Positions 9,072-17,301 of a stretch of DNA of 64,000 nt are shown here, piece by piece (within the stretch, counting starts at the first letter, position 1; every line of letters begins with the position of its first letter). Both the position numbers and the translations under genes were made by a program. This DNA comes from an uncultured delta proteobacterium. Its GTDB lineage: Bacteria > Desulfobacterota > Desulfobacteria > Desulfobacterales > JAFDCJ01. The notes beneath the pieces are model-generated. The model was not told where the DNA came from. It made no database searches and saw only the letters and a list, made by a program, of their open reading frames with translations. The stretch spans positions 99,808-163,807 of the forward strand of contig CAVYNY010000028.1 of assembly GCA_963769935.1 (NCBI GenBank), written 5' to 3'.

Positions 9072-9494
9072 ATGTTTTTTCAGAAATACGTCGTGCACGC
9101 CGCAATTTTCTTCGCATGTCTGTTTACTATCGGTCATGGACCCGGGCTGGCCGCAGCCGATAAATACAAGATACCTGAAATTTCCGTAGATCAGGTCAAA
9201 GCAATGATAGGTCGGCCTGAAACGGTAATTATAGATGTGCGCCGATACCGAAGTTGGTGGCGATCCCGCTGGAAAATCGCGACTGCCGTAAGAGAAGATC
9301 CATCAAGCGTGGACAAATGGGCTCAGAAATATGCCAAGGACACAACCCTGGTATTTTATTGCAGCTGAAAAAATGAAAGAACCAGTGCCCGTGTGGCACA
9401 ATATTTTTTGCAGAGGGGATACGCGAAGGTGTTCGTACTTAAAGGCGGCTGGCAGGCATGGCTCAACGCCGAATACCCGGTTGAGGATAAATAG
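9072..9494 (+). CDS. Rhodanese-like selenoprotein (in-frame UGA = Sec at 9366-9368), exported
   Basis: The frame continues past TGA: LVFYCS-U-KNERTSARVAQYFLQRGYAKVFVLKGGWQAWLNAEYPVEDK*, completing the rhodanese fold. IIDVR motif and N-terminal signal-like segment are present. Confidence 0.88.
9385..9399 (+). promoter_or_regulatory. Bacterial SECIS-like hairpin
   Basis: GTGCC-CGTGT-GGCAC; the loop starts 21 nt after the UGA, with G at loop position 2. Confidence 0.65.
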
Positions 9495-9775
9495 GCATTG
9501 ATATGTGCGGTCGATTTGTGCAATTCAGTTCCCTGCGAACCCTTGAATCCTTTTGCAAGCCGGACTTCCGGTTTTTCAGGCCGGGCTGTAACTTCAACGC
9601 ATTTTTTGTCTCTTAAAGCTTGTTTGGTTTAAAAATCCAGGTGCCACGATGAAGTAATTCCTGCCTGGGCACCCGATCGGGTTTGATTAAGCCAACCTTT
9701 ACCTATACCGATGTTAATCCCAGGTGGTTTTCCATTGGGGATAGGGCCTGTCATGAAAAAGAGGCAACGAATAAA

Positions 9776-10042
9776 ATGGTATTTCGTAAGATCGGTGATG
9801 AGACCACTCATCTGCGTGACAACATCGAGAAGAGCGCCCAACTGGTCAGCGTCAACTACTGCATCCCCGGTATAATGTCCCGCTGCAGCGCCGGACTGAT
9901 CTGGCAGCAGCAAAAAAAGTGTAAATTTAGCAGGAAGTCCACTGTCGGAGATAGGTGCATGCACTATATCGAGCCTATTTATGGTCATTGTGACAGCGTA
10001 GAAGCCCAGAAAGAATTAGGATATCTGGACCAACCTGAGTAA
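9776..10042 (+). CDS. Small Cys-containing hypothetical protein (start uncertain, 9683 possible)
   Basis: RCSAG...KCKF...RCMHY...HCDS spacing suggests metal binding. Confidence 0.55.
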   Translation: MVFRKIGDETTHLRDNIEKSAQLVSVNYCIPGIMSRCSAGLIWQQQKKCKFSRKSTVGDRCMHYIEPIYGHCDSVEAQKELGYLDQPE

Positions 10043-10451
10043 TATCCATGCCTTGGAAGGACGGGTGTGATTTCGCCCCGCATGAGGGGTGTTTGCTTTC
10101 ATAGGCTGCCCGGAAGAATAGAAAAAAATCAATATATTGCGTTTATTCGGTTTCAACATGGGCCGGAAATTTAATTTCAGCCGCAGCCGCTTTTGTCTTC
10201 CCATCTAAAGAGCCTTCTAAATAATTCTGATTTCATTTGCGGATCCGTGCCATACATATTAAACAGGTCTCAGATCTCATTCCGCCAAGCGCGGGTTTTC
10301 AATGTTGAAATAAATCGGCTTTCAGCAATCGGCACCTCCCGGCCTGAATTCGGGTTTTTAAAGTAGAAAAATGCGGCACCTGCTTCAAAACAGTAAATGC
10401 ATGCTTAAATTATAGGTCAGTTGTTTCGAGCATTTTTTTAAAGGTGTTCAC

Positions 10452-11894
10452 ATGAAAAACAGGATTAAATTCATCCTCGGATTGGCTATCTGGCCGGTGA
10501 TGACCACACATTTATATGCCGAAGTTAATCTTACCAAACTGGTAAATAAGATTCGCCCTGCCGTGGCGACGGTCATCGTCTATGATGCCAATCGACAGGT
10601 TAACAGTATCGGCAGTGGATTTTTTATCGATAAAACCGGGCATTTAATCACAAATTATCATGTGCTTGAAGGCAGCTACGCCGCCGACGTAAGAACAGCT
10701 GACGGGGAAACATATCCGGTCAAAATGGTGGTCGCGGAAAATCAATCGGTCGATCTTTTGAAAGTGCTGGTGGATATACCCCGTGAAACGGTCAAATGGA
10801 TAACGATAAGCAAAGACCTGCCCGAGATTGCGGAACAAATCCTGGTAATCGGCAGTCCGATGGGGCTGGAACAAACTGTCAGTGAAGGAATTGTGTCATC
10901 GATACGAGAGATCCCGGCGGTGGGAGAATTTTTCCAAATGTCGGCACCCATTTCGCCGGGTTCCAGCGGCAGTCCGGTAATCAACCTGAAGGGTCAGGTC
11001 ATTGGAGTGGCCACATTTCAATTTATTCGCGGCCAGAATCTTAATTTCGCTGTTGCCGGAAAATCCGTCCTAAACCTGAAGCCCACCGGACCCGGCCTGG
11101 CGTTGTCGCGCTGGACGTTCAACAACAGTCTCCAGCAGCCCAAACTGGCCGAAGAACTTTGCCGCAAGGGATATAGTTTTTCAATGAACGGTGAAGATCA
11201 AAAAGCCGTAGAGTTTTTCAAGGAAGCTATCGAGAAGGATCCGAAAAATACCATGGCCTGGAATGGCCTGGGCTATTGCCTCATAGGGATGAATAATCCC
11301 CAGGACGCCATCAAAGCCTATCAGCAGGCCATTAAAACCAATCCTGCGGACGAAACTCTGTACTACACATTAGGAAATTATTATATTAAGCTCGGACGTC
11401 AACCGGAGGCTATTGAATCTTTTAAACAAGTCATCCGGATCAATCCGGCTTTCGAGCCCGCTTATTTTAGACTGGGAATCCTATACACCCAACTCGGTCG
11501 TCTGGATGAAGGGAAAAAGGCCTTTGAAGAGGTCATAAAATTGAATCCTGATGACGCACCGGCTTACTTCAATATTGGGATTGCCTATGCCAAACTTGGC
11601 CGCTACCAGGATGCCATAAAAGCCCAAAAGGAAGTGCTGCGGATTAAATCCGATTTTGCGCCGGCACACGACAATCTCGGACTCGTATACGGCAAACTGG
11701 GCAGGCCGGACGAGGAGATCAGCGAATACAAAGAAGCCATTCGTGCCGATCCGACCTATGCATCCGCTCATTTCAACCTGGGCCATGCTCTGTTTCAAAA
11801 AGGTGATAAAGCGGCGGCCCTTGATGAATACAGGATTCTTAAAAACCTTGACCGGCAGGCTGCCGAGAAACTTTTTAACCTACTGTACTATTAG
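10452..11894 (+). CDS. Trypsin-like serine protease with C-terminal TPR repeats
   Basis: GSGFFI, ITNYHV, DL, ISPGSSGSP triad motifs; about 7 TPRs; signal peptide. Confidence 0.93.
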   Translation: MKNRIKFILGLAIWPVMTTHLYAEVNLTKLVNKIRPAVATVIVYDANRQVNSIGSGFFIDKTGHLITNYHVLEGSYAADVRTADGETYPVKMVVAENQSVDLLKVLVDIPRETVKWITISKDLPEIAEQILVIGSPMGLEQTVSEGIVSSIREIPAVGEFFQMSAPISPGSSGSPVINLKGQVIGVATFQFIRGQNLNFAVAGKSVLNLKPTGPGLALSRWTFNNSLQQPKLAEELCRKGYSFSMNGEDQKAVEFFKEAIEKDPKNTMAWNGLGYCLIGMNNPQDAIKAYQQAIKTNPADETLYYTLGNYYIKLGRQPEAIESFKQVIRINPAFEPAYFRLGILYTQLGRLDEGKKAFEEVIKLNPDDAPAYFNIGIAYAKLGRYQDAIKAQKEVLRIKSDFAPAHDNLGLVYGKLGRPDEEISEYKEAIRADPTYASAHFNLGHALFQKGDKAAALDEYRILKNLDRQAAEKLFNLLYY

Positions 11895-11896
11895 CC

Positions 11897-12397
11897 ATGG
11901 CATCAGGACAAGATTATCAACGCCTGCCGAACAGCGCAGATCACAAATGCTTTGGTTGCAGCCCGATAAACCCCTCCGGGCTTCAGATGGAATTTTTCGC
12001 CGGTCATGACACGGTATTTTCGAATGTAACGATACCGGACCATCTTTGCGGATGGAGCAACATCGCTCACGGCGGTGTCATAACGACAATCCTTGATGAG
12101 ATCATGAGCTGGGCCGCCCTTCATTTTTTGAAACGCATCACCATGACCAAATCAATGGAAATAGAGTTCATCAAGCCGGTTTATATACACAGTCTGTTGA
12201 AAGCTGAAGGCAAGGTAGTGGAGGTAACCGGCCAGCACGATGCCGTTATGGCAGGCATTCTTTATAACGACAACGGAGCTGCCTGCGCCAGATCCACCGC
12301 CAAATTTTCGATCTTCTCGCCGAAGGTCGCCAAAAGATTCGGCATCGCGGATGACGCATCCTTAAAATTTTTTGAAAATGTCTTCGGGATAAAGTAG
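11897..12397 (+). CDS. PaaI family thioesterase
   Basis: CFGCSPINPSGL and GWSNIAHGGVITTILDE hotdog-fold motif. Confidence 0.9.
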   Translation: MASGQDYQRLPNSADHKCFGCSPINPSGLQMEFFAGHDTVFSNVTIPDHLCGWSNIAHGGVITTILDEIMSWAALHFLKRITMTKSMEIEFIKPVYIHSLLKAEGKVVEVTGQHDAVMAGILYNDNGAACARSTAKFSIFSPKVAKRFGIADDASLKFFENVFGIK

Positions 12398-12620
12398 TTT
12401 TAAAAAATTAAAGAATAATTCACAATTGCCGAATATAAAAGCGAGTCCGTGAAGTAAATTTACACAGAATCAACTACCTCCTTTCTGATGGGGGTGGCTT
12501 CCGAAGGGCCAGCCCGACTTTTACAAATATTTAGCAGAATCGGTCTTAAATAAAACCCTTGTACCGTTGATGATCGCCGAAAAAACCGGTCAAATATTTA
12601 CTCTGACACAGGAGCGGAAT

Positions 12621-12896
12621 ATGGGAACAACTGTATGTGAAAATTGTAAGTTTTGGAATGAAACCGGCGGCACCGATGAAGGTCTGGTGGGGGAATGTCG
12701 TCGCAATTCGCCTTCCCCTAAAATTCTGGACGGCGGGCTGGACACCAAAATCCGTTTTGCCGCCTGGCCCGCGACCGGCCAGGATCAATGGTGCGGCGAC
12801 TATGAGGAGCGTCCGATGGAGACCAAAGAATTACTCGAACGTATGGCCGCCATCGAAAAGTTGGAAGCCGCCAGAAAGGCTAAAAAGACTTCCTGA
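12621..12896 (+). CDS. Small 4-Cys hypothetical protein
   Basis: AGGAG RBS; CENCKFW...GECRR...WPAT...WCGDY. Confidence 0.75.
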   Translation: MGTTVCENCKFWNETGGTDEGLVGECRRNSPSPKILDGGLDTKIRFAAWPATGQDQWCGDYEERPMETKELLERMAAIEKLEAARKAKKTS

Positions 12897-12979
12897 GCGC
12901 CCGGGACCATCAGAGGTTCGCCATTTAATCGGGTATTAGATTGAAACAAATTAAACTGCAAGATTTTCGAAAATCGTAA

Positions 12980-13146
12980 AAATTCCAAGCACCAAAATAC
13001 AAATCCCAAATAAATACCAATGACCGAAATTCAAAATCCAAAACAAAAAAAATCGTCGTGCGGCTTCTAATAGGTGATAGGCATGTTTCGGTCATTTGAT
13101 TTTGGAATTTTGATATTGTTTGAAATTTGGGATTTGGAATTTGGGA
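12980..13146. repeat. Long imperfect inverted repeat built from AAATTCC/AAATCC-like units, between convergent genes
   Basis: AATGACCGAAA (13019) / TTTCGGTCATT (13086) core; the left arm recurs at 39453-39518. Confidence 0.7.
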
Positions 13147-13179
13147 TCTAGGATCTTATTGCCTTGTCAACCTCCACGC

Positions 13180-14964
13180 CTATTTCTCCCTCCCCGCCAG
13201 CATCGCATCCAGTGCAAGGATGGCGTCCAGCTGCTCCAGCACCGGGTTGGCTGCTGTTCCATCGAACTGATCTGTCCGGTGCTTCATTTTCTCGAAAGCT
13301 CTGGTGGTCACACGCTCAGGGCTGGCAACTAACCGCACGCAAATCTGAAATAGAAAAAAGCTCAATAACAGCACAATTCCAATTGTCCACAGGGCATGCA
13401 CAAAAAAGTCAAAGGCAAGATAACTGCCCATCAGAAACCGCTTCACGGTGATCCAGCCTGTATATCCCAGGACGGCCAAAACCGGCAGGTTAAATAATAT
13501 TTGCAGCTGCATACCGGAGAGCTTTCGTGAGATACGCTCCATCTCATTCTCGAGACTATTGCCCCACATCCCCGCAAATTTTTCCCCGAAGGAATTAAGG
13601 GCCCCTAAAGCCTCGTCCCCCCGGCGCACCGAACTGTTGAAGCCTCCGACGATCAGTGACTCGGCAATATCCGGCCAATTGCTCAACGCAGCAAGCCGGT
13701 ATGTGCGCCAGCCTGTCGCCACTCTTTCATCGTTGTCCGTATCAGCCATGGCGGATTTGGAATCCTTATAGTGCCGCCAAGCTGAAATCAGGCCGATGAC
13801 CTGGCTTACGGGCCGGCCGAATCTAAAAAGGGCGGCAAGCCCGGCCCCAAAGAGCAACAGACGGCCCCAAACGGCGATCATCCACCCGATAGGTCCAATC
13901 CATCGCTGGGCCAGCTTCTGGTAGACCATCAGACTGACGCCTAAAAGCTGGTGCGAATCATCGTTTTTCATGGCCGCAATCGCATCCAGGTAGGATTTTT
14001 TTTCTGCTTGGCGGAATTGTTCCGCCGCGGCCGTCAGGGATTTCCGGTGTCCGGCAATCTCCCGGCTGACTTCATCGAATATAAAATTCCGCAAACTGCG
14101 GGCATTTTCAACTCGTCTGTCCACTACATAGCCGGCACGGTTCAGGTTGTCGAAGATTAATTGCTGCAATTCTTCGAATTGATCAAAATCGTGTTTCGGA
14201 ACAGCCATTTGATCCCACTGCGGATCTTGCAGATGCCGGCGAGCGGATATGCACAGCAAACGGTCGACGGAGGTTTGCCACCCGTTCTGGATGTATGCTG
14301 AAAAATCCGGCAATATCCGGTTTTTCAATTCCAGCTCGTCCTGACGATCGCATTTATTAATCACGCATACCAGTGACGCGCCGTTAAACCGGCGAATAAA
14401 CGGAGCCATGAAATCAACATGGTCCTTTCTTTTAGGATTTTCGCAGTCAAACACGCAGATGAGCATATCGGAGCGGGCAATGGCCTCGCGCACGAGCGGG
14501 CCGTGCCTTTGGTAGGCCATGCTGTCCGTATCCGGCGTATCGATGATGGACACATTCTCCAACAGGGCCGCCGCAGGACTCGATTTGATCTGCACCGAAT
14601 CACTTCCCAGCGACTCAATCAGCTGGCCGCCATCATGGGTATCATTGCTGAAAACGATAATGTGGCCGGTGGTCGGGCGTTGATGACCGGCCGGTGACAG
14701 GTCGTCGACGCCGGCCAGGGCATTCAGCAGGGTGGATTTTCCGGCGCCGCAAGGTCCGACGATAGTCACCACCAGCTTGCGCTCGAACCGTTCGGCGATG
14801 TCATCGATCATTTCAACGGCCACATCACATTGCTTCTTGAGCGGAGTTGCGGGCAGCCAGAAAGACAAATTGCCGAGGGCTGCCCCCAGCATGGTCAGGT
14901 CATTTTTAAAGCCTTCGATCCGGCCAAACGCTTTAAGTGCAGAAAACTGCCGCGTTGATATCAT
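13180..14964 (-). CDS. TRAFAC GTPase (dynamin-like/Era-like) with C-terminal transmembrane segments
   Basis: G1 GPCGAGKS, G2 RPTT, G3 DTPD, G4 NKCD; hydrophobic hairpins. Confidence 0.85.
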   Translation of the reverse strand: MISTRQFSALKAFGRIEGFKNDLTMLGAALGNLSFWLPATPLKKQCDVAVEMIDDIAERFERKLVVTIVGPCGAGKSTLLNALAGVDDLSPAGHQRPTTGHIIVFSNDTHDGGQLIESLGSDSVQIKSSPAAALLENVSIIDTPDTDSMAYQRHGPLVREAIARSDMLICVFDCENPKRKDHVDFMAPFIRRFNGASLVCVINKCDRQDELELKNRILPDFSAYIQNGWQTSVDRLLCISARRHLQDPQWDQMAVPKHDFDQFEELQQLIFDNLNRAGYVVDRRVENARSLRNFIFDEVSREIAGHRKSLTAAAEQFRQAEKKSYLDAIAAMKNDDSHQLLGVSLMVYQKLAQRWIGPIGWMIAVWGRLLLFGAGLAALFRFGRPVSQVIGLISAWRHYKDSKSAMADTDNDERVATGWRTYRLAALSNWPDIAESLIVGGFNSSVRRGDEALGALNSFGEKFAGMWGNSLENEMERISRKLSGMQLQILFNLPVLAVLGYTGWITVKRFLMGSYLAFDFFVHALWTIGIVLLLSFFLFQICVRLVASPERVTTRAFEKMKHRTDQFDGTAANPVLEQLDAILALDAMLAGREK

Positions 14965-16931
14965 TGTTTATGGGATCCTTCCGCAAGTGTCAGCAGTAAA
15001 CTATTTATGGTGCTGGTCAACTGTTCGGCATCAGCGATGTTCCGGCGGGCACACCGCAGAATTCCGCCGGTTAGTTTTTCCTCAAACAGGAGCTGTACTT
15101 TTTGGGATTTATCTTTTAACCAGGTTTGCAGGATGTGGCCCAGCATGTCTTCGATCTGCTGGCGGTCGGCTTTTTTCAATCCCGTGGTGAATGGAATCGC
15201 GAACAAGGCATACAAATCTTTGACACCGAAAAGCCCCGCCAGCTTGACTTTTATGCCGACTGCCCCCACCGGATCGCCGGTTGAAAGGATATAGGTGACG
15301 GCCACGGTTGCCGGCAGCACGTTGAGAAATGCCCAGAACGTTTGACTGACTTTGCGCCACACACCCATTTTTTTACGAAATTGGTCGGCCAGATCTTTGA
15401 GATCCTTTTCCATATCGCGTGAAATACCCACAATGGTCTCTTTTTCGGCCAGGATTGAATGCAATACGGACTTAAACTCCGCGGCCCGCAGCCGGTCCTG
15501 CTCCCCAAGAACTACGGGATGGGCATCAATTATAAAAGTGAGTTTGAATCCATCACCGGAGGATTCGGCCCGGGGGTTTTGTCCCTTGGGCAGGTCTTCG
15601 CGGGTTCTGATTGCACCAATCATGCCGGCCATACCGGCGGCTGCGGGATCATGCAGGGAACTGGCAACAGCTATCTGAGGGCTGACCGTCTGATGTTGCA
15701 GGCTGGTCACGGCGGTCACCAGATCTTCATCCAATTTTTGCACATATTCCTTTTTTGAGGAAGGTTCGGACTTGGGCGCTGACATTTGGTTTTTGGCCCA
15801 GCCGGCCGCACCCAGCAGTATTTTGAGGGGAAATTCAATGACGCTGCCGGTTCGGCGCATAATCTTAACGTGTGTCGGATCCGTGGCCGCCCAGATGCGG
15901 GCAAACCGTCGTACAATGCGATCCATGGGAAAATGCTTCAGTGCTTCGCGGATACATTGGCTCTGGGCCATCTGAAGCGTGTCATGATACAGGCGCAATT
16001 TATCGAGTGAAACTTCAGCGCGGTCTCTAATCAGCCCGGCCCGCCGGCAGACATCGTTCAAGATGGATTCATACAGTTCTATCCTGATTTTAGACGTCTC
16101 AATCGATTGCAAAGCCTGTAAAAAAGGCGGACCATCGGGATTGGCCGGTTTAAGCGCCATCAGGCGTTGACCGGCCGCCACATTATTGTCCTCATCGGCG
16201 CGGTAAATACCCAGCAGGTGCCGGTCGGCGAATTCGCCGTAGATGCCCCTGGCAACGGTCATGGCATGGTCCCGTACTTCCTGCGCGGTGAAGCTCGGAT
16301 AAACCCGGTACACGAGAAAACATTTTCGTTGGCCGATTCCGGTGAGCATCTGAGCGATAAAATCCGTGTTATCGCGATTATTGTAATTTGAGTTGGTAAA
16401 AATGTAGATCAAAATGTCCGCAGCTTCCAGGGCCATCCGGGTCACCTCCCGGTTGGTATATGACCCCTTGGCACCCGTGTCAAAATCCGGCGTATCCAGC
16501 AGCACCAGATTGTTGGAACGGGAATGATTCAGGACATAAAGCGGCTTTCCGGGAGTGGTCAATTCTTCCGGGTCGTTTAAAGGCTCGGGGACATCTTTAA
16601 ACGGCTTTGCCAGATCGGATAGAAGATCGGTTTGCTCAGCTCGCCGGGCCGGAACAGAAAAGAGCACCCGCCGATTCAACCCCGCCGTGCCGCCCGTCGG
16701 AGCAAACTGCTCCCCCACCAGAGAGTTGAACAAGGTGGATTTACCGGAAGAGCCACCGCCGCATATCGCAGCCACTACCGGAAAATCAGGCGCCAGCCGG
16801 CTGAGCAGCTTGGCGTCGACCATATTTTCCCAGTAGCCGATGTCTTCATCGTCACCAAGCCGGAGCAGCTCCGCCAAGCGGGGGATATCGCTTCTGAGCT
16901 GCTTCAGCGCATTGTAAAAGGCTTGTTCCAT
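14961..16931 (-). CDS. TRAFAC GTPase (dynamin-like) with a degenerate G4 motif
   Basis: G1 GGGSSGKS and G3 DTPDFD, no NKxD; helical stalk; ATGA overlap with the downstream GTPase. Confidence 0.82.
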   Translation of the reverse strand: MEQAFYNALKQLRSDIPRLAELLRLGDDEDIGYWENMVDAKLLSRLAPDFPVVAAICGGGSSGKSTLFNSLVGEQFAPTGGTAGLNRRVLFSVPARRAEQTDLLSDLAKPFKDVPEPLNDPEELTTPGKPLYVLNHSRSNNLVLLDTPDFDTGAKGSYTNREVTRMALEAADILIYIFTNSNYNNRDNTDFIAQMLTGIGQRKCFLVYRVYPSFTAQEVRDHAMTVARGIYGEFADRHLLGIYRADEDNNVAAGQRLMALKPANPDGPPFLQALQSIETSKIRIELYESILNDVCRRAGLIRDRAEVSLDKLRLYHDTLQMAQSQCIREALKHFPMDRIVRRFARIWAATDPTHVKIMRRTGSVIEFPLKILLGAAGWAKNQMSAPKSEPSSKKEYVQKLDEDLVTAVTSLQHQTVSPQIAVASSLHDPAAAGMAGMIGAIRTREDLPKGQNPRAESSGDGFKLTFIIDAHPVVLGEQDRLRAAEFKSVLHSILAEKETIVGISRDMEKDLKDLADQFRKKMGVWRKVSQTFWAFLNVLPATVAVTYILSTGDPVGAVGIKVKLAGLFGVKDLYALFAIPFTTGLKKADRQQIEDMLGHILQTWLKDKSQKVQLLFEEKLTGGILRCARRNIADAEQLTSTINSLLLTLAEGSHKQ

Positions 16932-17185
16932 TGACAGCCGATCCTCGATGTTCGATACTGGATACTCGATACTGGGTGCCGGGGTTTTGATGCCGAATCT
17001 AACTTGATACCGGCCGTTCAACTAATTCCGGAAATCGATTAACCATCGACCTGCTATTCAAAGCCAGGATCCGGGGCCGCTTGGATCCATTCCGTGTGCC
17101 CATATCAATATAGTCGCATCACTTTTATAACATATTGACATTATTAATACAAAAATAAAAAAAGAAAAAATGCACAGCATAATAT

Positions 17186-17280
17186 AATTAATCCGCCTGA
17201 CCTGTGATCTAACGACTTTCTTCAATTCTCAAAAGACAATTTAAGACCATGAAGATGCTATTTTTAGGGGCGGATTAGTT
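17186..17280 (+). repeat. 95-bp terminal-inverted-repeat element, copy B
   Basis: AATTAATCCGCC...GGCGGATTAGTT. Confidence 0.78.
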
Positions 17281-17301
17281 GGCGTACCCAATGGGGATAG
17301 G

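Noticed and set aside
8772..9137. 121-aa minus-strand ORF
   Set aside because: Crosses a terminator, a hairpin and the rhodanese start; no RBS or motif.
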